Shown piece by piece: positions 1 to 12,861 of a stretch of 64,000 bases of DNA. The notes below the pieces were generated by a model, which was not told where the DNA came from, searched no databases, and saw only the letters and a program-made list of their open reading frames with translations. Source of the stretch: Octopus vulgaris (Eukaryota); assembly GCA_951406725.2 (NCBI GenBank), contig OX597814.1:44578001-44642000 (forward strand), given 5' to 3'. The first letter of the stretch is position 1. The number at the start of each line of letters is the position of its first letter. The translations under genes were made by a program, and so were the position numbers.

Positions 1-699
1 TATATATATAAAAACATAGGTACACACATTCACACATGGAAACACATACATACTGTGTGTGAGCGAGTGGATGTGTGCGAGTGCGAGTGTGTGCATATCT
101 GTGTGCGAACGGGTGCGCGTAGGTGTGTGTGTGTGTGTGTGTTTATTCTTCCGATTATTTTAATGATAAATCTTTGTTAATAAAAATACTTCATATTTTC
201 TTATTAGACCTTTTATATTTCTTTGGGGCAAATACACTTCTTAAGTGTATCGACGTTTCTACAACTCCAAGTGTCGTCTTTTGGAAGAAACGTTTCTGAG
301 TGGCGATTTTTATTGCCGTTTAATGAGAATGATGCTGGAACTTTTTACCGTTAACGCCAGTTTACTTTCCGTCTAGTGCTAGATTGTTGCTAGGCTGTTA
401 TCTCTGTGTTAGGTTTTGCCTTATACTTTGCTATTTATATAATTTCCATGACGAATGGGAATTCCATGTAACACATTTACATTCTCAACAATTTTTTTTT
501 CTATCTGGTTGTTATTTAGCCCCAGGTCAGCAATACCTGAACGAACGTATTTCATCTAGCATCGATTAGTATTATATAATGGAAGGTTTGGTTGTGAATA
601 TGGTTTCTTTCAAATAATATTTTGCAGATATAATATATTAATGCTAGGTTACTGTTGATTCTAACGCTTTTTTGTTTTGTCTTGTGAATGTTTCTATCG

Positions 700-1590
700 C
701 GTGAACATCTATTGCATTGTACAAATAGTTGGATTCGCTCACAATACGTTATACCGACATTCATGGTGAAATGAACACTTATAACGATGCAACCTGCTGA
801 TTATTAGAACATTCTCATTTTGTTATAGCAAGGGTGGGTGCTTATCTTTGTAAATGTTCAGATGTTGATGGGTAGATGATCGGAAGAGAACCCTAGTAAT
901 GTGTTCGAGACACGGATATGTCACCAAAAATTAAGCAGATACTGATGTCTGGAAAGAGTTGTTGTCTGATGTTGTTATATACGTAGATTCATTGATGTAG
1001 CAATCTAAGCATTTAAAACTAGTTTGATTATGTTAAGCCGATATAATTTTATACCGAAATTGTTGGTGTGCGCTATTAAGACGATCGGTAAAGTAAGTGG
1101 TTGTAAAATATATAGGATTGTTTTATAAAAGATTCAAACAGCTGTTTCTATTCTGAATATTTTGATATCTTTTATGGTGCGTATTGCTTGAGTGAAGTCT
1201 GTGATAATTGTGTAAAAGACACGTGAATGTATGAGTTTTAGGAAATCTGCCTCAAAGTCTGGTTTCTTGTAAAGTGATCTGATTAAGGATTTTAATGGAC
1301 TTAGTTAATTTAGACTTGAAGTTATGTGTCTTGTATAGTTGAAATTCAATGTCCTGTGCGATGATAAATTTGTTTCCCTTCCAGGAAAATGGAAGGTATT
1401 TTTGTTTTCAGTAAAACTGTTTACGTCGATACTGTTATATTGCAATGTGTTTAACTACTTGTATTTCGTGATTGGTTTGCATTTTTATAACCTTGGGGAG
1501 TGAGTTATTACTTGTAATATTATATCAGGCAAGATCATTGTTGCAGCTTTGAGCCCTCCACAGGCAGATAACTGTTAAACCGAACTTTCA
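700..1590 (-). mobile_element. Highly decayed non-LTR retrotransposon-like fragment (possibly Tx1/L1 ORF2 3' region)
   Basis: Strong A/C skew on the minus strand. Minus-strand translation near 1.5-1.6 kb gives a broken KVRF..CL..GGL..LPD segment resembling the L1/Tx1 'CLPK..GGL..PD' motif. No long ORF. Confidence 0.25.
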
Positions 1591-1605
1591 CAGTTCCGCA
1601 TTGTT

Positions 1606-1703
1606 CGTGTGTGTTTGTGTGTGTGCGTGTGTGTTTGTGTGTGTGCGTGTGTGTTTGTGTGTGTGCGTGTGTGTTTGTGTGTGTGCGTGTGTGTGCGTGT
1701 GTG
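1606..1703. repeat. (GT)n microsatellite with a 10/20-bp higher-order period (GTGTGTTTGT / GTGTGTGCGT)
   Basis: Directly visible alternating 10-bp units. Confidence 0.9.
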
Positions 1704-3459
1704 ATTTAGGAACACGGCGAATAGTGTTATAATATTTATAGGACAGAAATGAAGTTGATGCAGCCAGCGGCAATCTTCAAAAAGAACAATTCAGAGTAGA
1801 GTGCTTCAATCAACTTCTATGGCTCATACTGTTTTAAATAGCCCTTTGAGATATGACTTTGAGTATCACAGCAGCTACACTAACTGGCAATTATACAATC
1901 AATATTTCTGATATTATAACCCACAGAAAGTTAGCATTGTCGTAAACAGGCCGACTAATGAAAACTACATGCAATTATATTCCGTGGAGCTTCATACACT
2001 TCCCTCACAGCTTTCTCGCTCATTGAAACCTAGATACACAGATTATAATCTCAGAGAGTTGCAATAAGTTTGGGAAGCTACAAATAAGATAGGAGGTTTA
2101 CGCATATTCTAATAAACCGGTTATGGCATGTAGATGGAAGCAGGTTGCAAGTTGAGAAAGATTATTTATGCATAATTTCGATGGCTTTGTTGAAGACATT
2201 TATTCTCTACTGCCAGGACAACGATCGCCTCATTTTTAAATGAACAAACCACTGAGACAAGAGGACATTATTTCAGTTTTATAAAATTTAAGAAGAAAAT
2301 AATTATGTACTAACTAAAAAAGGACAAATCAGTAAAGGGAGATGTACTCCCACAGAGTGTGCCCAAATCCAACTGCCTTAAACACTTCAGTTCTATGAAT
2401 GATCTGAAGGAAATTTAATGTGGCACCAAACATTGCCTTTATTTTGGCTCGTGCCGTCTCCACTCCACCCTCATTTATTGAGGCAACGACAGACCATTTC
2501 CTGCAGAGGAGACTGATAATACCAAAATAGTTCCACACTTACCAAATGTGAAGACAATCAGCGTTTCATGAACATAGATATTCATGTAAACTAAAAATAT
2601 AATTGTTGTCAAACAGTTCAGTTGATATATTCTAAATTATTTGAGTTGAAATGTAGGATATAAATGAATCCAAGTCGAGCTGATGCTGCGGGATTTCAAA
2701 GAAACTATTCAGTATTTACTTTCTTGAACAATGACCAATGCTGTTGCAAATTCAGAATCGGATGTGATACCTCTAAGGATGGAAAATACATGAAAATGAT
2801 GCATTTAGTTGGAAATAATTCAACAGTTGTTGCAGTTTCACTTGAATCCATACGGATGTTTTCATGTTTTATGTTTCTATATTTTCATTTTCGTCCAATT
2901 TCTTCTACTCCAAGGGAAATAAATTTATCTCTTAAAATATCTGGCAACAACGAAGTAACATAAACAAAAATACGTATTGTTCTTCTTACAAAATGCCAGA
3001 AAACAGAAAAGCTATCACATGATTGTGCTTATTACATGGATCTGCCAAAAATGAAAGAAGAATTGACCAACTGCATGAATCACCTCACATAAAAAGACAC
3101 GTGAAACATTCGTTTTTGCTGTTAATACGATAAATAGACACGGTTCTGTGAAATATAACCAAATTTATAAACCAATATCTAGTAGAAAAACTTAGACATT
3201 TATCCTCTGCAAATACTACAAAACTAATAGAAATAGGCGAATTTCCAATGAAAGGTTGAAATACTTGTTGTTATGTACGTATAGGATATAGCGAAACACA
3301 AACCTAATTACATGGCAATATTTCAGAGATACACATCTCTTGCAGACTCAAATAGGCTTATCAATATCATTATTATCATATGGCTATCATCATGTTTTCA
3401 ATAATTATATACCTTTTGTTATTTGCAACACAAGGCGTATATCCGTATTACTGTAGCGT

Positions 3460-4080
3460 ATGCAACATGATAGTTTAGGATTCAAAGTAGTGTTGGCGTT
3501 CATACTTTCATGCTTTGTTTATTTTATAGAATATGTTCGATGAAAATAATGTTATTTTGTTCAGCATGTTTCCATACTTCTTGTGAGATCAACTGTTTTT
3601 ACGTATCGAGTGGGGATTGGGTAGAGTATATACCACCTGAGTGGGGTGGATTGTGCCGTATATTTAGGTGGCACATATGCATTTGAGTTCTTGGATGTGA
3701 TATTGTATTAGGGGCTTGCTGTGTATGTCAACATATTATTTTATGGATGATTATGTAGAACATGGGTTATATTTTATCTGGGGATAATTATTAGCTGTAT
3801 ATGCTGCGTGCATTTTTCACATAGTGTACTGTATGAAATGTGCTATTGAATGGAAAATATCTTATATGAGATAATATATTTCTCATATATCTTATCATAT
3901 ATATTTGGGAGTCGTGGTGTGTGTTTTTTTTTTTTTCACTGCTTACCTATACTTCTTAACAACTACTGCGATTTACTCTTGCTTAATTCTACACTCTTCA
4001 TCTCATATGATTATTGGCCTTGTTGGTTTCTCCTACCAACAAGTTAACGTGGGCTTCAATGTCCCACCACCATTTTAGCT
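3460..4080 (-). mobile_element. Decayed Penelope-like element RT remnant
   Basis: A/C-rich minus strand with frameshifted relics of PLE RT motifs (LYP-IP resembling SLYTNIP; IFYKIKQSMKV*TP resembling FYxQxxGxxMGTP). Confidence 0.3.
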
Positions 4081-4297
4081 TAGTTTTTATCGTTTGGAAG
4101 TATTTCTCTTAATCTTCACTCTACACAAATGCAGAATTTTTTCTTTTCTCTTTTTTGTAAATCTTGGGTTCCTTGAAAAGAAAAGAGAGACACTTTGAAG
4201 TTTTCTTTCGAAGCTGACGGATCTTCTCCGGAAATTATACATATGTAGAATATATAGACGTAGAATATATATGTATCTGTGTTTGTAAGTTCGTTTG

Positions 4298-4423
4298 TCA
4301 TATATATATATATGTATGTATGTATGTGTATATATATATATATATATACACTTATATATGATATGCATTTATATATATATATACATATATATATATATAC
4401 ATATATAAATATATATGTATATA

Positions 4424-4455
<32 letters not shown>

Positions 4456-4526
4456 AATATATATATACATACATGCATATATATATTTATGTGTGTGTGT
4501 GTGTGTGTGTGTGTCTGTGTGTGTAT
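4298..4526. repeat. Compound (AT)n/(ATAC)n/(GT)n microsatellite
   Basis: Visible directly. Confidence 0.95.
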
Positions 4527-5054
4527 AAATGTATGTACACATAATGCCCTTTAACTATACGTCAGTTGATAAGAACCTGAGACTAGGGCAAAGGAAATAT
4601 ACAGAGAAATAACATTCTTTTATTTATAATGCCCAAATCACGAGTTGATATATTTCTTATTTCTTTCCAATGTTATTTAACTTGGTTATGTCTATCATGT
4701 CCATCACGAAATATTATACATTTTTTTAAAAAAGAAAAAGACACCATATATTAGATAGAGTTTTATCAAATAAAAACTACTTTAAAATATCGCTTTAATT
4801 GATTGTAATATAAATTAACTGAGGTTAACACAATTTGTGAGTAATATAAATTACAGCTGAAATCTTTTGTATTCAATAGACTGTAACCTTTCTTCGAGGG
4901 TCCGTTAATTAGGTCTATTGACCATATTCTTAGATTTGACATTTGTCATTTAAGTACTCAGCTCTCAACTTCATAAATAAGTTGAAGACATGCGATTACA
5001 TTCATACATATACACAGAGAAAACCATACGCATGCGCACACAAGCCGCCCATCA

Positions 5055-5085
5055 TGTATATATATATGTGTGTGTGTGTTTGTGA

Positions 5086-5168
<83 letters not shown>

Positions 5169-5235
5169 CCTATATATATATATGTATGTATGTATATATA
5201 TATATATATGTATGTATGTATATGCATATGTATGT
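5055..5235. repeat. Compound (AT)n/(GT)n/(ATGT)n microsatellite
   Basis: Visible directly. Confidence 0.95.
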
Positions 5236-5491
5236 TTTTATGTGGTTGTGTGCTTTTATTAAGATTTGTTGAAATTCTTAGCAATATTATAGTCTGCCAG
5301 TGACGGAGTGACAAGGTTCTTTGTCTGGGTCATGAAAGTTTAAGGAATATGTGTCAATATTAAAATATACGAGTGCTTGGTCGCTTGTATATAAGTATAT
5401 TTGTATATTTCATATATATTTGCACATGAGCGAAGGTGATTATTGTTGTCATATAACACACGTTTTGCACGACTGTGTAATTGTTTTATGC

Positions 5492-5495
<4 letters not shown>

Positions 5496-5555
<60 letters not shown>

Positions 5556-5565
5556 TTATTTATTT
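5496..5565. repeat. (AT)n microsatellite
   Basis: Visible directly. Confidence 0.95.
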
Positions 5566-8362
5566 TTGTATAAGCGCCAATGTACCATGAGATAGTGAGT
5601 ATATACGCCACTTAAGAGAAGGCGAGTTCATTCCTTTAATACAGATGTTGAATAATCTCTTTGGGAACAGTCTCTTTCTGTCACTTCTTACGATACACGG
5701 CTTCTAATTTTAACTGATACTAAATCAAACACACATCACGAAGAAGTTGTCAATGATTTCTGTATTAACAACACATTTCACGCGTATTTTATCTTTCAAA
5801 GCTCTACTAGTGACATATTGTATTATACCACCATAAATATTGAGGTAAAATATTAAAGTAGGATAGTTATAAATAAAATTCGATTAAGAATTATATTCAA
5901 GTAGTTCTGAATTTATTTAAGACGGTTGCACGTAGATATTTTTCATAAAGTCAAATTTATATTTTCATAGCTTATGCTATGAAGGTAAAGAAGTAATTTG
6001 ACGTGATACGATAGAATATATTGTAATTTATGCTATACGAACACAAAATATTACATCAGTTATTTCTTAAAGAAAATGGACAACGCCTGATTTCCATCCA
6101 AAATTATTTAATTCACTGTGATTTTATCGTATTCAGTAATATTTAAAAAGAAATTTGATCCAATTTATTATACGCCTTATTAGTTAAGGTTCATTACTTT
6201 TCAGGTTCTGATAGAATTTAGGAAATAGTGTTTGGATTTTAAGTCTCAGGGCAAAGGTTGGGTTTAGTAACATTTGAATACTTTTGTTGATACTAATCTT
6301 CATTACAAAAATGGGTTGATCGCGTATGAACAGTTATATTTGTGTTGAATGTATTTGCGTATATGTATAACCCGTACATTTAACGCTTACAGATACAGAA
6401 TAACATCAAATAAATCGGACTATTATTTCTTTTGAAACAATTTCTGCATGGTAGCCTAGAAATCTGGAATTCTCATGCATTTTTAAATTCTTAAATTCTA
6501 TAATGAACAAATATTGGTTTGTTCCTGGCAGCAAATTGAAAAGTGTACACAGATCATCCACTGGACACTCATTATTTCTGGATACTCATTAATTCTGAGT
6601 TTTGTGTATTCAATGATTAAAAAAAAAAGTACTGTCTACCACCTTACACAAACGTTACCGGGGAGGTTTCGGCATCCATACCAGAAGATCATGTTTGTTT
6701 ACACTCATAGAAGTTCAAAGTGGGGCCAGAATGTAAATTTAGGAATTCTTTTTAAAAGAGAAAAATCTTAAATCAGAAAAAAATCAAAGTAAAACAACAG
6801 CTGCAAAAATTTATTGGAAACATGAAGAGAAATAAACTTAATAAAGGATACTAAATATTCGTATGAATAAGCACACAAGTGAGTTAAGTCATGTTTTTAA
6901 CCTAATAACAATGACAAAAGGCTATATAATGAACTTTAGAATAGTTTTACAGATTTATAATGTTTCACTCACTGACTGCATTTACAAATATTGGTTCCTC
7001 ACACTCCAAAAACCCTTTTTTTCACGTGACCAAGAAGAGCATTTCCATCCCCGTGCTACAAATTATTTCATCTCCACTTTTTGTACTCACTACAAATTCA
7101 AGATTTGGTTACTTTACGGCCTAAAACCCCAAGTTGTTGAAGATTAACTTAACAAAGGTAAGTACACCAATAATTATAGTTACAAATGTAAAATATGTGT
7201 ATATGTATAAATGTACGGATGACACTGGAACATTTTCCAAGATGGCAGAGCATAGTCTTCGTATGTGAATTATTTTAATGCCAAATACTATATATTGTCT
7301 TTGCTAAGCATCTTGTAGTTGTCAGTTGCCGGTGCTTCACTGAGGTGTGATAAACATTTGTTGCATTGTCTACCAAAAACTAAGTTCAATTCTCTCTGCA
7401 TATGGCCATTTAAGTTTTCGTAGAATACAATTCTAGGACCTGTCTCTACAACCTTTGAGATGAATTTTCATTATCTGAAATTATGTTTCTTCTTTTTACA
7501 ATTAGAATTTAAGTAATTAAAAGTTATTTTCGACTTAATACTTAACATTGGGTATCCTCCACGACTCCAGTTGATCAGTAATGAAACTGCTATGCTTTTT
7601 CCGTAGAATTAAATGTATCTGAATACGCAAGCGAGATAATGTATGCCTAAATGTAAGTGCATGTTAGATTTTACTTGTTACATGTACTAGGTGCACGTAT
7701 ATCTTTATTCAATGGCTCTCTATTCGATGTATTGTGACTCGTTATGCATATATATATAAATGCACGCATGTGATTTTTTCTGTATGTCCCTTTCAGTAAT
7801 GGACATATGGCACACAATCTAATGGAAAATATTTGGCGTATTTTACAAGATTTCACTGTATTATTATTTCGATTCAATTCCGTTGGTGAGTATCTACTTT
7901 GTTATTTTTTTTAATGAAAACTCGCTGTATTTTAAGTAAGTCAGCTTTTATATACTGTTTAGGTCAGAATTGGATTAAACAGTCATTTGTCAGCTCACCA
8001 AAGAAAACAATGTCGTCATCACATTGATGGACAGTTAAGAGAGAGAGAGGGGGGGAGAGAAAAGAGATGGGAGTGAGAGGGATATATAGAGACAGAGCTT
8101 GTATATAGATCACTACATCTATTATAACAGGTATAGTTGAAAATATATTATATGAGCACAAGAACTACATTTTCCACATTATCGCATCGCATATTTTCTT
8201 TCTCTATAACCTTAGACGAGACATTCATTTCCAATGACCACCTCAAATTTATCAAAAATGCATATTTGTTGCATCACATGGAGCAACATCGGGTCAATTC
8301 TCTTTTCTCTACATCAGTATTTTTATTGTGACTGTCCACCATTATTCCTTATTTTTAAAGGT

Positions 8363-8448
8363 ACACACATACACACACAAATACACACACATACAAACAT
8401 ACATACGTACATATATATATATATATATATATGTATATACATATATAC

Positions 8449-8505
<57 letters not shown>

Positions 8506-8562
8506 AGAACGTATGTATGTATGTATGTATGTATGTATGTATGTATGTATGTATGTATGTAT
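8363..8562. repeat. Compound (CA)n/(AT)n/(ATGT)n microsatellite
   Basis: Visible directly. Confidence 0.95.
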
Positions 8563-8749
8563 TCCGGTTCAGTGTACCACTTTTTAGCCGTCAAAACAAT
8601 TCCTTGTGGTTACTGTCGTAAATTATTAATACAACAATATTACATTTCATCAGATATTAATACCTTGCAAACATTTTCTGCAGCTAATAATGATGGGTTG
8701 ATATCATCCTCACTGCTATGCCAAAATTCACATTTTCCATCGTAATACG

Positions 8750-10150
8750 AATGGATCAAAGCACATGTCTCTTCTTCATTGATGTGTTATATGATAGTCT
8801 TCTCCTTTTATCAAACTTTAGGTGAGTATGTGATGCATTATTCAAGTATATGTCTAGAACAGATGGTTTGTTTTTTTTCTCTGTCAATGTCGTTAGTATC
8901 TTCTGTCTTGCGGCATATGTAACTATGTATAAGTTTTGACATAAATGTTTCTTTTCCAACTTTCTGTCTACGTTGATTATTTCAGCTACGGTCCCGCTAC
9001 ATGGAGCAACTGTAAATTCAGAGTGTCTCTTCAAAGGTTCTTCCCCTCAGACTCGTGGTCTGTTTAAATATCCACTGGTCACCATCACCTTAAATCATAC
9101 TTACAAACTGAACAGATGTTGAACATGTCTCTCATGATTTTATTTCGTTTATAGTGGGTACACTGCGATAGGCGTTTTCTTAGTGATATACAACGTCACT
9201 CGAAAGTCATTTGTACTAATTTTATAACCTTGCATAGATTTCATTCCAATCTTCTTTCCTACATTTAACATTGATATTGTCAGCGTTACTCTTGATGCGT
9301 ACCATCTACAAGTGATATTCCATATATTCCACGTCTTCTTGTGTAGGCTGTCGATAATAGTATCTAGTCCTATATTGCAAATATCACTATCAGCTTTGGA
9401 ACTGATTATGTCTGATTGGATTTGGTCTAATTAAATAGAGTTCTGATATATTCATTTTGTACTTCACTCAAACCTTTTCTAAAGCACCAACATTCTCATT
9501 CATTCTAGAAACTTTAACATTTGCCATTAGTAACAGGGGAGATAATCAGGCTATTTATATCCATATTTCTAATTTTGTCAGCAATTTTTCTTCAACTGGC
9601 TATCAGATATAAGTATTATTCATATCAAACTCCATTGTTAGAATTGATGGTGTAGCCATTTCTAACTGTATCTCAGTGTTATCATTCTGTTTTCGCTCTA
9701 AAGTTATTTCTTTATCTGTGAGCGTGCCCTGTTGGCCGTTTAGACAGTTTGTCATTAAGTCATAAATGGTGCTTTAGGAAGTCGTTTCGCATTTTCTATA
9801 TATTGGTAACATCTATTTATCCAGTATGTTCCCTATTCGATTGATTTTCTTTAGAGGGTATTATTTTGGTTGTGTGTTCCGATTTCGACAAATGTCTGTT
9901 GTTCCCAGTCTTTTGTTTGGTGAATAGTATTTGCAACACAAACCTGAATGCTTGTAATGTCCAAAGTCTGAGAGATTCAATTTATTCTGCAGGTTGTATA
10001 GTAATTTGATATGTCATAGAAAACATCAGGCCAGAATGTTTTTCTATGACTCGCAATCGTTCTTCCATTTAGTAAGTTGTTTACATTAAATCTTGCCATG
10101 AGAAATATTTTAGCTTGACATATCAAGGAACAATCTATGTTTCACTCAAT
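8750..10150 (-). mobile_element. Decayed LINE fragment (possible ORF1 zinc-knuckle and start of endonuclease)
   Basis: A-rich minus strand, with a Cys/His-rich 'DFGHYKHSGLCCKY' relic near 9.95 kb resembling an ORF1 CCHC knuckle. Many stops. Confidence 0.3.
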
Positions 10151-10649
10151 TTTTCCCCCTTCGTCACTACTTTGTCTACTGTATTATACGCTTCTTTATA
10201 TTTACTCAAAAAAGTTAAGTTAACCAGTTTTTATAGCATGATTGTACTAATGTCGAAGATTTAAACATTATGTTCACTACAGGATAGAAGGTATACTCTC
10301 CTATTCCCACATGGCGTAGTACAGATGTATATTTATGTATCTTTTATATATGTATACGTGTATTTACATATTATGTATGAACAGAGTTAAATGTGCTCAT
10401 GTATGTATGGAAGTACATTGAACCGCAAAAGAAACGCGATTTTTCAAAATGTTATTTTTATATGGTAAATTCTGAAAATTCATTTCGGGGATGTAAATGT
10501 AGATATTGCAAGACATTCTAGTTTATGACTGAGACCCAAATTGCAGGTAACCTTTAAACGTTTCCTAAAATGAGACGTTAAAGCGCAGCTACGTTGAATG
10601 ATGCGGGTGGCAGTCGCAAACAATTGTCATGAAAACCTAAATGCATGTG

Positions 10650-11617
10650 CATCTCGTGGAGGTTATTGGTATAAAAATCAACTTGAACCGCACTCCTGGC
10701 ATTCGAAATTTCTCCTTTTCCGATTAAGTTGCTAGGAGTTTGGTTCGGACCAGACCTCCAAATAGCGAACTTGGCCGAGGTATCGAGCAGAGTGACCCAG
10801 ATAGTCACCCTGCTCGATAGTCACCCAGATAGGGAAGGCGGAATAGTCAATGTGTTTATCGCATCGGTCATCACCTACCGCGTAACCGTCATTCATTGCC
10901 CTAATTCGTGGAAGAACGCGAAACCGCTTGTGAGACGTTCTATTTGCTGCCAAAAACCGTTAAAGGGTGGGCTATGGATGCCTTGGCAGGAACTAAGGCT
11001 TCCCTAGCCGAAACATGCGCTGAGGTTGAGGCGTCTGTGGATCTACATGGATGATGAATGGGTGTGGTCTTCGCATGCGAAACGGATTTTCCCACGTTCA
11101 CTAGTTTCAGTGAACAGGAAACCTGCGTCTAACGTAGATCGACTACATGTGTTATGGTGTGCCGTAAGGTTCTCCTGCTATTCCGTCGCTCGGGCAATGC
11201 TTGCGGTAGGGGTTCCACCACATTTGTTAGGGCTGGTAGAGGTGGAATGTGACGATACTTTAGGGGAGACCCCAGGTCTCGATGATAATCAGCTGGCCGG
11301 TTTGTTCCAACGTACATTTGGACCGGAGACTCTGGACAATTTTCAGAAGTCTCTGGCATGGCAGTGTTACCACGGAGCCTTAACTCTTCGGGACAAGCTC
11401 ACAAGATGTGATCGGGATAGGGAAATTTCCAAAAGTCTCTGTCCTGGCAATGTTACCGAGGGACTTTACCAGTTCGAGATAAACTCGCAATGCATGGTGA
11501 TTCTTGCCTGTCCACGTGTCCAAGGTGAGAGAAGAACTGCAAAACCGTTCTGCACGCAATTGTGCAGTGTCCGAGAATATGGGAACTGTGGGTTTACGTC
11601 GAACAGCTGCTGTCATG
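10650..11617 (+). mobile_element. Tx1/L1-clade non-LTR retrotransposon ORF2 C-terminal fragment nested in Tc1
   Basis: LLGVWFGPDLQ, PLVRRSICCQKPLKGGL, RHALRLRRLW, FQKSLAWQCY..AL..RDKL and a terminal CPR..KTVLHAIVQCP zinc-finger relic. Confidence 0.75.
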
Positions 11618-12457
11618 CAGGACCGTTTCATCCACCTGCAACATTTCCGTGATTGCATCACACCGGACAGCGTGACAGCTCACGAGACCTTTGGGACTGG
11701 ACAGCGACACAACAGTGACGACTTGGTACGACGTCGACTGGCTATCAACGACCTGCGTTGCTGCCGTCCTGCTTGATCGCCTGTCCTAACCGCCCGCTAC
11801 CGTCAAGCACGACTGCAGTAGGCTACACAACACCGACAAAATCATCAACAACGGAGGTTGATAGTCTTCTATGACGAGATCCGGTACTGCTTTCCGCCTC
11901 TGATTGCAAAGTGAGGGTGTGGTGTAGGAGGAGTGAACGCTAGTGACGCATGTGTCTTAGTGAGAGACACGTGGGGTGGGGAAAGAATCATAGTTTGGGG
12001 TCCTATAGCCCTGAATTAGAGAATTGGGCTCCATGTGTTCCAAAATGTTGGTGCAGGCAGCGGGAATGGCGTCACAGCGCAGCGCTACCTTGGCCAGATC
12101 CTAATAACTCACATCATGCCCTTCTTCGCTCGGCGCCATAGCCACGAGTTCCGGCAGGACAATGCTCCCTCCCACACGTCCAAGGTCACTATGGACTTAC
12201 TGTGTCAGGACAACATTAGAACCATACCATGGCCGGTTCTCAGCCCGTATTTGAACTCAATTGAACACCTGTGGGATGAAATCCAGAGACGGCTGAACCA
12301 GGTGGTCTCAAGGTCGACAAATCGTGTGGAACTGGAGGCAGCTTCCGTCAGGCTGTGTGCACAAGTGCCAATGGCTTTTGTGAACTGCCTCATGCACTCC
12401 ATGTGCCGACGGTGTATGGCCGTTTTGAACATCCAGGGTGGGCATGCACTGTATTGA
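11618..12457 (+). pseudogene. Tc1 DDE transposase pseudogene (C-terminal two-thirds)
   Basis: QDRFIHLQHFRD, VRRRL, QDNAPSHT and PWPVLSPYLNSIEHLWDEIQRRL are Tc1 signature motifs. Frameshifts and stops are present, and the probable start ATG at 10570 is separated by the L1 insert. Confidence 0.85.
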
Positions 12458-12699
12458 ACACGTCATGCTCTACAGTCATGATTTTCTGGATCCTCCCATT
12501 AACAGAACACATGAAAACGACCCATAGATTGTGGTTAAAGGGTTAAAGTGAATCCAAGAAAATCGTTTAATCACATTTATCAAAATTTATCTCTGACATA
12601 AGGAAATTAAAATATATTTCACAGTCAGACACGTCTCGAGTTTCTTTCGCGGTTCTGTGTATATGTTATTTGTTTATTACAAGAAAAGACACATAGAAA

Positions 12700-12861
12700 A
12701 CACTTCCAGAGGGAAGCGATAGGAGCAGGGATGAGATAACCTGACATTTCCAGATATTATATCTCGGGACTGGATATTAGAGATCTGGTTCGTGTAGTTT
12801 GGAAAGAAAATGTCAATGGAGTTCTGAGCAACCATAGATTGGTCGAAGGATGATGATGATC
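12700..12861 (+). mobile_element. RTE-like LINE 3' end remnant with (GAT)n tail
   Basis: Relic 'PEGKR..GMR.T' motif resembling the RTE P.GKR..GRP..TW C-terminus, followed by GATGATGATGAT. Confidence 0.4.

Larger units (their letters stand above)
10416..12659 (+). mobile_element. Tc1-family DNA transposon (defective), TA-flanked, containing an L1/Tx1 insert
   Basis: 24-bp imperfect TIRs CATTGAACCGCAAAAGAAACGCGA (10416) and the reverse complement CACAGAACCGCGAAAGAAACTCGA (ends 12659), each flanked by TA. Transposase relics inside. Confidence 0.85.

Noticed and set aside
1130-1160. Minus-strand GAAACAGCTGTT resembling a hammerhead 3' half
   Set aside because: No CTGANGA core or stem II upstream.
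2329-2538. 69-aa minus-strand ORF with protein-like composition near a GTAAGT donor-like site
   Set aside because: No recognisable domain and no matching acceptor or frame support.
4195-4240. Minus-strand CCGGAGAAGA..TCGAAAG hammerhead-like string
   Set aside because: Core, stem II and cleavage site are all too degenerate.
7020-7165. Possible host exon ending at AAG|GTAAGT (7158)
   Set aside because: No convincing acceptor or recognisable peptide, and such sites occur by chance in 64 kb.
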